Notes under the pieces: generated by a model
What the model was told of the DNA's origin: nothing
Seen by the model: only the letters and a program-made list of their open reading frames with translations
Database searches by the model: none
Virus record (IMG/VR): IMGVR_UViG_3300043788_000023
Coordinates: 105,609 to 169,608 of that record
Strand: one strand, 5' to 3'
DNA length: 64,000 nucleotides
From: a virus
Position numbers and translations under genes: made by a program
Shown here: positions 9,857-19,936 of the stretch, in pieces
How positions within the stretch are numbered: the first letter of the stretch is position 1
How the letters are laid out: every line of letters begins with the position of its first letter

Positions 9857-10781
9857 TTTGGGCCTCCTCTTTCTTGATGCCCTTTTCCTTCAAAAACTTC
9901 TCCAGAAGGATAAAGAGCGGCTGGTGCGTGTCAACGATGTTTCCCGCTACCAGCGCTTCGGTCTTGAACCATCTCACTTCAACAATGTCGTCGCTCGCCG
10001 TCGCACCCTGAGACGTCACGGTCGTAGAGAAGAACGAAGTCTTGACTGCACGGTCGGGCGTGTTGTAGCGCCAGTCGGGAATGAGTGCGGAGCCGATGTA
10101 CTGCATCTTGTGCGGGTCAAGCGAGGTCTCTTCAAAGACTTCGCTGCGGGCGTCTGCCTCGTAGGTCGGGCGCTTCCTCTCCGCATGTCCGCCGATGAAG
10201 CGGTACTTTCCTTCTGGATCAGTGTCCTTGCGCCCGAGGAGAATGTTCACATAGTCGGTGGTGAAGATTGCAATGTCCACAGTCGGCAGAAGCACGGGCC
10301 AGAGGTGTGCGGATGCGTAGATCATCCCGGCTCGGAACTCGGACGACTCAATGACGGTGTTGGAAAGAGCGTTGCGGATGTCGGTGCCCTTGATCTTGGA
10401 GATTTCCACCGGGAGGGTGAGTTCAACGGGGGTGTAGCGCCCTTTGTAGTGCGGGACGAATGAATCACGTCCGCCGTAGAGAGTCGCATCGCCGAACGTC
10501 ACGACCGAGGAGATTGCTTTGTCAAGCTGCTCGCTCCACATCTCGTCGTTGCGCACGTCCATGAGCGGGAGCACTGTGAAATCGGGGAATTTCGCCTGAA
10601 TCATCCTGCGGCGTGTTTCAAAATCAAGCGGATTGTCTTTGGTGAGTCCGGCTGGGTGAACGCCGACGAACACGATGACGCCGTTATGCCGGATGCGTAC
10701 TTGACGGAACAGTTCCATGTGTCCGTCGTGCAAGTCGTTGACTTGGAACCTGCCTACAACCACTCCGTAACTGGGTTTCAT
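9843..10781 (-). CDS. nadM: Bifunctional NMN adenylyltransferase / Nudix hydrolase (NadM-Nudix, NatV-like)
   Basis: VGRFQ...H.GH, NPL.F..R, and a C-terminal Nudix box (GG....E....AR.E..EET). Start trimmed to MKPSYG at 10781. Confidence 0.88.
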   Translation of the reverse strand: MKPSYGVVVGRFQVNDLHDGHMELFRQVRIRHNGVIVFVGVHPAGLTKDNPLDFETRRRMIQAKFPDFTVLPLMDVRNDEMWSEQLDKAISSVVTFGDATLYGGRDSFVPHYKGRYTPVELTLPVEISKIKGTDIRNALSNTVIESSEFRAGMIYASAHLWPVLLPTVDIAIFTTDYVNILLGRKDTDPEGKYRFIGGHAERKRPTYEADARSEVFEETSLDPHKMQYIGSALIPDWRYNTPDRAVKTSFFSTTVTSQGATASDDIVEVRWFKTEALVAGNIVDTHQPLFILLEKFLKEKGIKKEEAQNASV

Positions 10782-10954
10782 CTGAAGAACTTTCCGACTA
10801 CGGCAATCGCCGACAGAAAGAAGGCGGCGACGACCAGCAGTCCAAGTACAGAAGTCAGACGCACGATCACAAACGAGTGGGCGATGACCCAATATCCCAC
10901 ATAGAGCAGAAATGCTGCCATCAACACAAGAAGAATGGCGAGACGTCTCATCAT
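10778..10954 (-). CDS. Small two-TM membrane protein
   Basis: MMRRLAILLVLMAAFLLYVGYW...; ATGA overlap with nadM. Confidence 0.5.
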   Translation of the reverse strand: MMRRLAILLVLMAAFLLYVGYWVIAHSFVIVRLTSVLGLLVVAAFFLSAIAVVGKFFR

Positions 10955-11090
10955 ACTTATCTCCAACTCCCAAATCTTATCCGGTACGCAATGGGGGCGC
11001 TGACGACAGCGAGAACTACTCCCAAAGCGAGGACGTACCGATGGGTGAAAATGTCCGTCCATGTAGAAACCAAGATCATCTGAGGGGGCA

Positions 11091-11330
11091 TCACTTCAGT
11101 TCTCCGGCTGCGAAGGCTTTCTCAAGCTCGGCGCTGACGATGGGGTTGTCCACTCTAAAAACGGCAACAGAGTCCCACTGCTCTTGGAGCTTCTTGGCGT
11201 ACCCACGATCACTTTCTGAAAGAGCGGTGTTGTACTTCAGGTTGAAAAGGAAGTTCGCCATCTTCGCGCCAATGAAGTCGGCGCGGGTAACCGGACGGCG
11301 TGTCTCAGCCTTTTTCTTAGCCTTCGCCAT
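11091..11330 (-). CDS. Hypothetical protein
   Basis: 79-aa ORF with GAGGT SD. Confidence 0.6.
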   Translation of the reverse strand: MAKAKKKAETRRPVTRADFIGAKMANFLFNLKYNTALSESDRGYAKKLQEQWDSVAVFRVDNPIVSAELEKAFAAGELK

Positions 11331-11343
11331 CTTGACCTCTCAC

Positions 11344-13380
11344 TTACTTAGATGCGGCGGTCTTGGGTAAAGCGTCAATTTCTTTCAGGAATCTGGAGGG
11401 GGCTACCCGCTGGACGTTGGCGCTGCCTTGGACGGGCACCTTCTCCGGTAGGCACAATACTAGCGCATCCTTGGCACGGGTGCAAGCTACATAAAACAAA
11501 CGCCTTTCCTCCTCTATTTCCTCGTCGGAACCCATGGAGAACCTGTTGGGGAGGCTGCCCTCGTACACGTTGGTGACGTACACCCGCTTCCATTCCAGCC
11601 CCTTCGCGGAGTGGATCGTGCTGATGGTCACGGAGCCTTGGCGCAACTCCTCCATCTTGCGGTCGTACTGCATCTGGGTAAGCTCCCCGGTCGCAAGCTG
11701 GCGGTCGTACATGATCTTCTCAGTCTCGTCGCCCTTGGTGCGGTCAAGCGCCATCTGGAAAATCAGGTCTTCCAGCGTCATGTTGGCGTCAATGGTGAGG
11801 GACTGAACCATGAGAATGAAGCGTTCGATGTTCTCCAGCTTGGTCTTCACCTTGTCCGGGTCTTTCTTGTACTTTTCCTTCTGGTACTTGCGGTAGTCAA
11901 ACAGGGCGAGCAGCTTCTCAACGGCGGTGAGAGGCATGTCCTTGAATTCGGTGACCATGTCAACGATGCCGATGAGATTGTGCAACCGTTCGTTTTCTTT
12001 CGCGGCCTCCAACAGGTCACCGTCAAACCGCTGGTTCGCGTCAATCCTCAGCTTGTTGAGCGCAACCTCGCCCACGCCACAGCGGGGCACGCCGCAGCAG
12101 CGCATGAACGCAGTGAAGTCCTTGCGGTTGCATACCAACCGAAGATAGCCAAGGATGTCCTTCACCTCCTCGGTCTGGAGCAAGCCACGTCCGCCACGCA
12201 CGATGTACGGGATACGCCGACGCACAAGCTCACCCTCTAGGTCACGCACCTGCATACCGCTGCGCACGAGGATGGCATTTTCTTTGAACAGAATCGGGTC
12301 TTGTTTACGTGAAGCATCATTCTTGATCTGCTGGGCGATGATCTCGGCGCAGTTCTGGGGCAGGCTGGCACGGAACAGTCGCCAGTCCCCTTCCTCCTCA
12401 CGGAACACGTCCATTTGAAGAGGGATGGTTTCAGTCATCGTCTTTTGAATCTTGTTGGCGAGATGCACGATCAATTTCTTGCTACGGTGATTCCGCTTGA
12501 TGCGGTGCATGGTGGGCGTCGTATCACGCCAGTTCTCGCTGTAGTCCTTCAGGATTTTCGGCACGGCTCCGTTGAAGCCGTAGATGGACTGACCCATGTC
12601 CCCGACGACGTACAGGTTCATGTTCTCCGGTGCGAGGAGACCGTTGACGAATTCCCACTGCACCGGGTTCGTGTCCTGTGCCTCGTCCATGAGGACGTGA
12701 TCAAATTGCTTTTGAAGGACTGCCTTCCACTGTGGGTCGTTGCGCATCCTGCGGACGACGAGGTGGAGCATGTCGTCAAAGTCAACCACGGAGTTCTTGC
12801 GCTTCTCGTCCTCAAAAAGCTCCCAGAGGTCAAGGTACTCCTCGGTCATTGCATGATACCCGGAGTGCTGCTCAAGCGCCTTCTCATGGACAGCGTCGGT
12901 GTAATCGTCACGGAAACCCACGCCACGAGCACGATGGAAGCCGATCTTCTCCAGAACGGAGTAGGTGTAGCCGTTGCCCCGAGGTTCGCTGCGCCCGTGC
13001 TTCTCGTCGTAGCGTTCAATGATCTTCTTCATCAACTGCGATTGGTCGTATTCGTCAAGCGGTGTAACGTGCTGCTGAAGACCGAATGCTTTGGGGTTCT
13101 TGCGGATGCCGGACAGTGCGAGGGAGTGGATCGTGGAGACACGAGGCTCCTTGTCCATGGGCGTGTCAAGACCCAAGCCAAGGCGATCCTTGAGTTCTCC
13201 CGCGGCCTTATTGGTGAACGTGATGGCACAGATGCGACGGGGCTGCACGCCCTGCTCCATAAGCCAGCGGACACGCTCAGTGAGCACACGAGTCTTACCA
13301 GAGCCAGCGCCAGCGATTAGAACGGCAGGCTTACCTACCGGATGCTGTACGGCGGCTGTTTGCTCTTCGTTTAGCTGCAC
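11344..13380 (-). CDS. uvrD: UvrD/PcrA/Rep superfamily 1 DNA helicase
   Basis: LNEEQ..AV, AGAGSGKTRVL, TFTNKAA, DEAQDTN, VGD..QSIYGF, TIHSAKGLEW, EERRLFYVA.TRA. Start at GTG 13380. Confidence 0.95.
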   Translation of the reverse strand: MQLNEEQTAAVQHPVGKPAVLIAGAGSGKTRVLTERVRWLMEQGVQPRRICAITFTNKAAGELKDRLGLGLDTPMDKEPRVSTIHSLALSGIRKNPKAFGLQQHVTPLDEYDQSQLMKKIIERYDEKHGRSEPRGNGYTYSVLEKIGFHRARGVGFRDDYTDAVHEKALEQHSGYHAMTEEYLDLWELFEDEKRKNSVVDFDDMLHLVVRRMRNDPQWKAVLQKQFDHVLMDEAQDTNPVQWEFVNGLLAPENMNLYVVGDMGQSIYGFNGAVPKILKDYSENWRDTTPTMHRIKRNHRSKKLIVHLANKIQKTMTETIPLQMDVFREEEGDWRLFRASLPQNCAEIIAQQIKNDASRKQDPILFKENAILVRSGMQVRDLEGELVRRRIPYIVRGGRGLLQTEEVKDILGYLRLVCNRKDFTAFMRCCGVPRCGVGEVALNKLRIDANQRFDGDLLEAAKENERLHNLIGIVDMVTEFKDMPLTAVEKLLALFDYRKYQKEKYKKDPDKVKTKLENIERFILMVQSLTIDANMTLEDLIFQMALDRTKGDETEKIMYDRQLATGELTQMQYDRKMEELRQGSVTISTIHSAKGLEWKRVYVTNVYEGSLPNRFSMGSDEEIEEERRLFYVACTRAKDALVLCLPEKVPVQGSANVQRVAPSRFLKEIDALPKTAASK

Positions 13381-14137
13381 GCTTTTTCCCTTCAAACCTA
13401 GCAACGAGGGCGGTTGCATTGTCGCCCGTAGGCATTGCCACAGCACGGTCAACGATGGCTTGCGCCTCAGCGCCTTCCTCAACCAGCTTGACTATGCTCT
13501 CTGCTGCCACGGCAAAATTGTAGTGGCTGGGATCAAATACGCCGTCCGTCGCTACGATTACGAAGCTGTCTTGGTTGACCTTTACGGTATAGATGTCAGG
13601 CACACGTGACAGCACACGGTTCAAGTGGTAGTTGCCGAGAGCACGTGCCATCTGCAACCCACCGCCGCTGAAGCTTGCGCAAAGGTAGCCGTTAAGGACG
13701 ATTCCACCACGCTCCTCCGCTGCCCTGCGCTCTTCGTAATTGGTGCGGACATTGTGCTCGGGTCCGATGTTGATCTTACCCTCGGCGTCCTTGATGACGA
13801 TGGGACTGTCTCCCAGAATAGCGCACGTCACCGTGTTGCCCCTGTACGGAATGTACGCGAGGGACAGCGTGGAGCCGGGGTTGAGATGCCTAGTCAGCGA
13901 GTGAAGCTTGTTGATCGCCTTCTTCAGGGCGGTGCGAGGCGTGGCTTTAGGCTCGGTAATCTCGTCGGCGAAAATGCCGGGAAACTTCTCGGACGCAAGG
14001 TGCGACACTTGCTGACCGCCATGGCCGTCAAACACGCCGATCAGCAGCCCCTTCGGGCAGCTTACGGTGAAAAAGCGGTCTTCCTGATAACCACGCAGAC
14101 CCACGTGGGTCGCAGATGTTGTAGGTTTTATCTTCAT
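13331..14137 (-). CDS. PP2C-family Ser/Thr protein phosphatase
   Basis: R.YQEDR, GVFDGHGG, GST, LGDS, GL.MARALG, ATDGVFD, DNAT. Confidence 0.9.
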   Translation of the reverse strand: MKIKPTTSATHVGLRGYQEDRFFTVSCPKGLLIGVFDGHGGQQVSHLASEKFPGIFADEITEPKATPRTALKKAINKLHSLTRHLNPGSTLSLAYIPYRGNTVTCAILGDSPIVIKDAEGKINIGPEHNVRTNYEERRAAEERGGIVLNGYLCASFSGGGLQMARALGNYHLNRVLSRVPDIYTVKVNQDSFVIVATDGVFDPSHYNFAVAAESIVKLVEEGAEAQAIVDRAVAMPTGDNATALVARFEGKKRAAKRRANSRRTASGR

Positions 14138-14424
14138 ATCATGTACTGCGTGACTTGGATGTTCACGTCCTTGAAAACGATGTCGTAACAGGGTTCGCAC
14201 AAAACCGCGGTGTGTATGTCCCCGTCTTTCTGGGAACCATAGCCCCAGCCTTGCTTGAGCAGGAAGTGGTTGGCGAACGAAGGTTCGTGGTAGATGCTGT
14301 ACGGCTCGCCCATAGGGTTCCAGCCGCCCTCTACGATCTTCTCAATCTCCACACCGCAGCGGTCGCAGGTGACCTTGTCCAATTCCTTGCGTTCGGAGTT
14401 GACGATTTTGTATGTTAGACCCAT
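14134..14424 (-). CDS. Zinc-ribbon hypothetical protein
   Basis: CDRCG...GWGYGS.KDG....LCE.C; start MGLTYK at 14424. Confidence 0.6.
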   Translation of the reverse strand: MGLTYKIVNSERKELDKVTCDRCGVEIEKIVEGGWNPMGEPYSIYHEPSFANHFLLKQGWGYGSQKDGDIHTAVLCEPCYDIVFKDVNIQVTQYMI

Positions 14425-14440
14425 GCAGACTAATACTGCA

Positions 14441-14473
14441 AAAAGAAAAGCCCCGGCTTTTGAGACCGGGGCT
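14441..14473 (-). terminator. Rho-independent terminator
   Basis: AGCCCCGG-loop-CCGGGGCT followed by TTTCTTTT. Confidence 0.75.
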
Positions 14474-14497
14474 TCTCCGTGGTGAGGTCTGCAAACT

Positions 14498-15613
14498 TTA
14501 GAAGCCGCTGTCTCCGCCAGAACTGCCGCCGAAACCGCTGTCGCTGGAGCCGCCAAAATCGCTGCTGGGCGGGTCGTAGCTGGGCGTGGATTCCGGTTCG
14601 GAGAAGCTGGTGTCCGGTGCCGACTGCGTAGGCTCTTCCCAAGTTGAGTCGGGAGCCGAGGGCGCAGGCGGGGTGTAGGAGGGCGCTGGTTCAACGTAAG
14701 TCGTCTGCGGTTGTTCATAGACCACAGTCGGGTTGTTCGGACGGCTGAGCATCTCGCCGACCACTAAACCAGAGACGAAGCCATCGCCACTGCCGGAGTT
14801 GTTGTTGATCACGGTCGTGTGCGAAGGCGCTGCCGCTGCGTAGCGGTAGGGGTTGGGCGGTGTGGCGTAAGACGTACGATCCGGCACGGGCGTGGTGTCG
14901 TAGTCGGTTGTCGTGGGTGTGGTCGTTTCCGTTTCCTCAGTCTTCTTGCGGAGGACGAAGTAAAGCACGAGACCGAAGATGCTCAACGTGAGCAGGACAA
15001 GGAAGAAAACCAGGAGTCCAGACGTTCCGCTGTTGTCGGTTTGCTGGGTCTGCACCGGGGCTGTGTTCTGCGCACCTGACGCTGTGTACGTGCGTGGTTG
15101 CCCGGCTGCGCCGGGTCCACGCTGTTGAGCGACGTGGAAAGAAGTCGCCTGCCCGGTCGTGCCCGTCAGAACGGCCGCGAGACCTAGTTCCCATTGGCGG
15201 TTCTTGAAATACGTGTTGGAAAGCTGGCTGTAAGTGGACGTGATGTCAAACGCACCGTTGTAGTACGAGCCGAGAAACATGTTCTTGGCGCGGTCGTTCG
15301 GCGCAACCATGACCACGAAGAGATTCGCCTTGCGCTGTCCGTTGGTCGTCCAGCTTGGGCAGTTTAACTCAAAGCGCCGTTCCACGTCGGAAAGGCTGGA
15401 GCCATAATTGGCGATTGAATCAACGATGACGACCTTGACGTCTGCGCCTTGATTGATCAGAGTGCGGGCGGCGCTGCCGATGACCTGCGGGTTGTGGATG
15501 ACCCCGGCTTGGTCAATGATGGTCGCATTGCATTGAGTCTGGGTTTGGGCTTGAGTCAGCGGGGCAAAGAGTAGAACGAGCGCCGCGACGAGCAAAGACA
15601 ATCTTAGGTTCAT
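14498..15613 (-). CDS. TPM-domain membrane protein with a low-complexity C-terminal tail
   Basis: Signal peptide, IIDQAGVI TPM-like start, one TM helix, Gly/Ser tail (DFGGSSDSGFGGSSGGDSGF). Confidence 0.7.
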   Translation of the reverse strand: MNLRLSLLVAALVLLFAPLTQAQTQTQCNATIIDQAGVIHNPQVIGSAARTLINQGADVKVVIVDSIANYGSSLSDVERRFELNCPSWTTNGQRKANLFVVMVAPNDRAKNMFLGSYYNGAFDITSTYSQLSNTYFKNRQWELGLAAVLTGTTGQATSFHVAQQRGPGAAGQPRTYTASGAQNTAPVQTQQTDNSGTSGLLVFFLVLLTLSIFGLVLYFVLRKKTEETETTTPTTTDYDTTPVPDRTSYATPPNPYRYAAAAPSHTTVINNNSGSGDGFVSGLVVGEMLSRPNNPTVVYEQPQTTYVEPAPSYTPPAPSAPDSTWEEPTQSAPDTSFSEPESTPSYDPPSSDFGGSSDSGFGGSSGGDSGF

Positions 15614-15668
15614 GGTGATCTCCTGTACTGAAAATACCAGAGCGGGGGAAATTTACAAGGAAGGCCTT

Positions 15669-15699
15669 AAAAAGAAAAAGCCCCGGCGAACCGGGGCTT
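15669..15699 (-). terminator. Rho-independent terminator
   Basis: AAGCCCCGG-TTCG-CCGGGGCTT followed by a T-tract. Confidence 0.8.
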
Positions 15700-15714
15700 C
15701 CTCCCACTCTAGGA

Positions 15715-16404
15715 TTAGAGGACGAACTTGAGTCCGCCGCCGCCAGTCCACGTGGTTGCACGCAGAATGGACGAGGTAGAACCCGTCAGGTTGGACGAGA
15801 AGGACAAGGTCTGGGTGAAACGGAGGTGCTTGCGAATTCCAGTCTTGCCGAGGATGATCTCGTTGGTCACGTTGAAGGAACGATCTGCCACCGGGGGATT
15901 GATGTTGGTGATGGAAAAGCCACCGGGCAGGATGTAGTTGGCGATGATGCGATCACGGCTGAAGTTGAAGCCGCCGCCGACGAATGGACGGGCCTGAGCA
16001 ACGTTCACGCTGGTAAAGAAAGAGCGGACGCCCTCTTCACCTTGCTGAATGGTCGTGAAACCTGTGACTTGGTTGGAGTAGGATGCGCCGCCGCCGACGA
16101 GCACTACCTTGAAAATCTTGAGGTAGCCTGACCCCGTCACCTTGCCCGTGTAGCCGGACGCGGTGCTGAAGCCGTTGGCAAACGATTCCTGATAGTTGAC
16201 ATCGAGCAGCAGGTGCTTGGTGCTGGACTCAATACCGACGCCGACGTTGGCGCTCGGGGTGGAAGAGTTCAGGACTGAGCCTGTGCCAGTTCCGGTGATG
16301 CCGATGGTGCCGTAAGGTGCAAAAGCGCCGTTCTGTGCGTGAGCCGGGGCGACGAGCGCCAGAGCCGCGAACAGAGCGATGACTGCTAAGGTTAGAACCT
16401 TCAT
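15715..16404 (-). CDS. Outer-membrane beta-barrel-like protein
   Basis: Signal peptide, alternating amphipathic strands, C-terminal GGGLKFVL. Confidence 0.6.
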   Translation of the reverse strand: MKVLTLAVIALFAALALVAPAHAQNGAFAPYGTIGITGTGTGSVLNSSTPSANVGVGIESSTKHLLLDVNYQESFANGFSTASGYTGKVTGSGYLKIFKVVLVGGGASYSNQVTGFTTIQQGEEGVRSFFTSVNVAQARPFVGGGFNFSRDRIIANYILPGGFSITNINPPVADRSFNVTNEIILGKTGIRKHLRFTQTLSFSSNLTGSTSSILRATTWTGGGGLKFVL

Positions 16405-16498
16405 TCTGTTTTTCTCCTGTGGGTTTTGCCCAGACCCTATAATACTCGGAAAAGAACGAATGGCGCAAACTTTTTGTAATGATTGTAAAATAAAGGAC

Positions 16499-17425
16499 TT
16501 AGTTGAAGTGGGCGAATAGGAAATTCACCCCGCCGTCGTTGCTGTACACGACACCATGCTTTAGGCTCGCCACTACGATGTGGTTTCGGTCTGTGGCGAT
16601 CATGTCATTGACAACCACGACGTTGAGGCTCCGACGCTTCCAAGAGTCCCCGCCGTTGGTGGAAAGGAATACGCCGTCAGTCGTCCCAGCATAAATCGTG
16701 TTCTTGTCCACTTGGAAAAGAACCTTGGTTCGCCGTGCATCCTTGCTCGTCTTCAGCTTTTTGTACTGCTCACCGTCGTCGCTGCCTTTGTATATGCCGG
16801 AGCACGCACCGATGTAGACCGTTGAGGGGTCGGTCTTGTCAAGGATGATGGAAAAGAAATCTGAATCGTTGATCAAGCCCTTGTCTATGGGGTGCCAAGC
16901 GGCTCCGCCGTTGTGCGTGACGTAACCCAAGTGCCAAGTCCCTGCAAAAATCTGATTGGGGTAGTTCGGGTCTACAGCTACGCTCTGGACGTTCTTGATC
17001 GTGAAAATTTTGTCCCAAGTCATCCCCTGATCCGTTGAACGATACACGCCGTCCAAACCGCCAGCGATGAGCGTATCCCCGGAGAGTGCCAACCCACGGA
17101 TGCTTTTGTGGAGCGTCAGTTCCCAAGTCTTCCCTTCATCAAGGGAACGGAAGAAGTCGCCCACATTAGGATTGTTCAAATCCCAAGCGGCGATGTAGAT
17201 GCGACCGCCGTCCGTCAGGATGCGGTCAATCACGTACTGGTTGCCGAACGAAACGAAAGCTTGCCACGAAACGCCTTGATCGTGAGAGGTGTAGAGGATT
17301 CCAGCGGAGGTTCCTAGATACAGCACGCCGGGGGCGGCTGCCAAGCTGCGGGCCTCTATGTATGGCATAGAGACCCGCGCCGGGACAAGGAAGAATACTA
17401 CGAGTGCGAGGAGAAAGGCTCTCAT
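16499..17425 (-). CDS. Secreted BNR/Asp-box beta-propeller protein
   Basis: Repeated S.D.G.(T/S)W Asp-box motifs and a signal peptide. Confidence 0.8.
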   Translation of the reverse strand: MRAFLLALVVFFLVPARVSMPYIEARSLAAAPGVLYLGTSAGILYTSHDQGVSWQAFVSFGNQYVIDRILTDGGRIYIAAWDLNNPNVGDFFRSLDEGKTWELTLHKSIRGLALSGDTLIAGGLDGVYRSTDQGMTWDKIFTIKNVQSVAVDPNYPNQIFAGTWHLGYVTHNGGAAWHPIDKGLINDSDFFSIILDKTDPSTVYIGACSGIYKGSDDGEQYKKLKTSKDARRTKVLFQVDKNTIYAGTTDGVFLSTNGGDSWKRRSLNVVVVNDMIATDRNHIVVASLKHGVVYSNDGGVNFLFAHFN

Positions 17426-17901
17426 TGCTCCCGAATCGTGACAGTGTTGCCCGTGGTCGCATCGGCAGTTACGCTGATGCGGGAAGGAGCAATTCCGAAC
17501 TTGGATTCACCGCTGGTGAGATAGCGACGAACGCCCTGAACGTTCTTGGCACTTCCACGAACCACGACTGTCTTGGTGGGATTGCTCTGCAACCACAACG
17601 CCACAGTGTCAAGCGATGCTTTGCAGAGGTTGGTGACCACAGCCTTGGCTCCGAACTGGCACGATGCGTCAAACGTCGGCACAGTTGCAGGTGTGGGTGT
17701 AACCGGAACCGGAGTCGGAACCGGGGTGGGTGCCGTAACCGTCACCACTGCCGGGGGCACTGGTGTTGGAGGAGGCGGCACTGGTGTCGGTGCTATGGTC
17801 AGAACCAAAGCTGCCGTGGCAACCACGACGGCGGTAATGAAAGGTCGCCGTGCCGCCAAGTGGAGAACGCCTGAAATACTTCCCGATGGAGAACCGTACA
17901 T
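17422..17901 (-). CDS. Membrane-anchored Pro-rich protein with an OmpA-C-like domain
   Basis: TM helix, PTPV repeats, 'KASLDTVALWLQSNP...VV.G...V..YL...GIAPSRI'. Confidence 0.55.
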   Translation of the reverse strand: MYGSPSGSISGVLHLAARRPFITAVVVATAALVLTIAPTPVPPPPTPVPPAVVTVTAPTPVPTPVPVTPTPATVPTFDASCQFGAKAVVTNLCKASLDTVALWLQSNPTKTVVVRGSAKNVQGVRRYLTSGESKFGIAPSRISVTADATTGNTVTIREQ

Positions 17902-17902
17902 G

Positions 17903-18784
17903 TTATTGTCGCCCCTTTTTGTTGAAAAGATTCCAATCAAATGATGTGTTGAAGAAGAAATAAGCACCCGTGGACGAAAGCCCCGAGATGAAGCGGTTTT
18001 CGTGACGTACCGAAGCGCCTATCTCAGTGTACACGCCGTGGATGGGAGCAGCAAGCTTAATTCCGCCACCGCCCGCAACTTTGTTTTCCCAATCGTTCCC
18101 CTGCGTGTCGCCGACGAATCGGATTTCAGCGTAGGGAATGAGAGCCACGCGACCGAAGCGGTGAGCGATGACGCCCTGTTGGACGTTGCCCATGCCGATC
18201 ACGTTGTTGTGCTCAATGGGTTCGATGTTGCCCGCTTCAAACCACGCAGAACCGGGGAAGCGGCTCTTCGGGTCAGCCATGGGCTGCCAGCCGAACCAGC
18301 CGTTGACGAAGCCTGTTGCTCCGCCGCGCTGCGTTGGCAGGTTGTAGGTGCCGTTGACCAGAGTCGGGCTGAGGAACTGTCCGGTTCCGACGTAGCGATC
18401 TTCGTACTGGTAGCCACCGCTGACGCTGATGACTCCATGCCGGAAGAACTTGTTGATCTTCGCTCCACCGAACGGCAGGACCATGTTGTTCCACGGGTAG
18501 CCGTAGGTGTCGTTGCCCAGCGAAACGCTGGCGTATGGGGTGAATGTGACGGAGCCTTTGGCGGTGCTAAACAGCGTTACGCCCTGCTCCACGTAGATTT
18601 CGGATTGAATGTTGCCATGCTCGACCGGGCTTGAGTCGCCGACTGACGTCCAAGCCTGACCGGGAAAGGCGGAAACTTGCAGCGTGCTGCCCTTGGCAGC
18701 GGGGATCGGGCCGTCCTGCGCGAAAGCCGCTGAGGCTACCGTCAGGGTTAAAGCTAGGAACAGTGCTGAGAGTACGTTTTTCAT
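17903..18784 (-). CDS. Outer-membrane beta-barrel-like protein with an internal duplication
   Basis: Signal peptide; two related halves (FPG.AW...P.EH.N......V.QGV...PYA......D..G..W.N.V...GG.K). Confidence 0.6.
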   Translation of the reverse strand: MKNVLSALFLALTLTVASAAFAQDGPIPAAKGSTLQVSAFPGQAWTSVGDSSPVEHGNIQSEIYVEQGVTLFSTAKGSVTFTPYASVSLGNDTYGYPWNNMVLPFGGAKINKFFRHGVISVSGGYQYEDRYVGTGQFLSPTLVNGTYNLPTQRGGATGFVNGWFGWQPMADPKSRFPGSAWFEAGNIEPIEHNNVIGMGNVQQGVIAHRFGRVALIPYAEIRFVGDTQGNDWENKVAGGGGIKLAAPIHGVYTEIGASVRHENRFISGLSSTGAYFFFNTSFDWNLFNKKGRQ

Positions 18785-18871
18785 AAATCTCCTTGTTCCC
18801 CTTTGATGCTGTGAACATCGGGCGGGGTGCGCCCTTTTTGAAAAAAGTGCTTGGTGCCAGTAATTTTTACC

Positions 18872-19936
18872 TTAGTACCTCTTTACAGAGAACCACGCTT
18901 CTGCGTGTTTGCGGGCGACGATGGTCTTCCAAAAACTGGTGAAGAGTACACCACAGTCCACAAAACGCATTACCACATACGCAGGGGACGCAAGTATCAC
19001 ATCCATCCTACGCTCGCTGATGCCGCAAAACACGGCAAGCGCGAATGTAATGAGGAAGTCGCAGCCTGTGAGCCACAGCATCCTCATCGGATATTTGAGC
19101 AGGAAGTACGGGAATAAACAGAGCATTACCCCGAAGAACATGCCCTCGCCCATGAGCAGCTTCCACTCAAGGTCAAGTCTTTTCCAGCCAGTAAAAATGT
19201 TGTACTTCAGACCAATCTGCCAAGTGCCAGTATACCACCGATTCATCTGTTTTACATAGTCCGTCAGCGTGCGTGGGTCCTGCGTGTAGACCTCGGCCTT
19301 CGGTCGGTACACGATCTTGCCCATATTTTGGCGGTGGACTTGGAGGGTCACGTCCATGTCTTCGACCAGCGTGTCACGGTTCCAGTCCAGCTTGGCGAAC
19401 ACGTCGGAGCGATAGCTGGCGGCGCATCCTGGTGCTACGTTGATCACGCCCATGTTGCTCTGCGCCTCGCGGTAGATGAAGTGCGTCACGAAGTAGCCGA
19501 AGCAGCGGTAGGCCGTGAGCCAGTTGTACGGCACACTCTTCGCCCTGCCGCACACGAGGGCGACATCCTTCCGTCCGTAGAAGCCTTTGCGGACCTCCCG
19601 GTAGTATTCCTCGTTGACCATCGTGTCGGCGTCCATCAGCGTGATGATGTCGTAGCGCTTGATTAGGTCAAAGTGGCTACAGGCACGGGCGATGGCGTTT
19701 GCCTTGCCGACGTTCTTCTCGTTGCGGAGCACGTTCACGCCGAACGACGCTGCGATCTCCCCGGTGCCGTCCGTGGAGCCGTCGTCAATCACGTACACGT
19801 CAGACGACAGCATCCGGGCGTTCAAGATGCTCTTCACTGTGCGGGCGATCACCCTTGCCTCATTCATGGCGGGAACAATGACACAAAGCCTCAAGTCGGG
19901 ACTCCTCAGTTCTGTTCTCAGGTCTTCGCTAATCAC
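18872..19936 (-). CDS. Processive GT2 glycosyltransferase (PgaC/cellulose-synthase-like)
   Basis: DDGSTD, GKA.A, DADT, VEDMD, QMNRW (D,D,D,QxxRW), C-terminal TM helices. Confidence 0.9.
   Translation of the reverse strand: MISEDLRTELRSPDLRLCVIVPAMNEARVIARTVKSILNARMLSSDVYVIDDGSTDGTGEIAASFGVNVLRNEKNVGKANAIARACSHFDLIKRYDIITLMDADTMVNEEYYREVRKGFYGRKDVALVCGRAKSVPYNWLTAYRCFGYFVTHFIYREAQSNMGVINVAPGCAASYRSDVFAKLDWNRDTLVEDMDVTLQVHRQNMGKIVYRPKAEVYTQDPRTLTDYVKQMNRWYTGTWQIGLKYNIFTGWKRLDLEWKLLMGEGMFFGVMLCLFPYFLLKYPMRMLWLTGCDFLITFALAVFCGISERRMDVILASPAYVVMRFVDCGVLFTSFWKTIVARKHAEAWFSVKRY

Noticed and set aside
3601-14188. Long plus-strand ORFs (e.g. 3601..4542, 7728..8390, 12415..13320)
   Set aside because: They are antisense shadows of well-supported minus-strand genes in GC-rich DNA.
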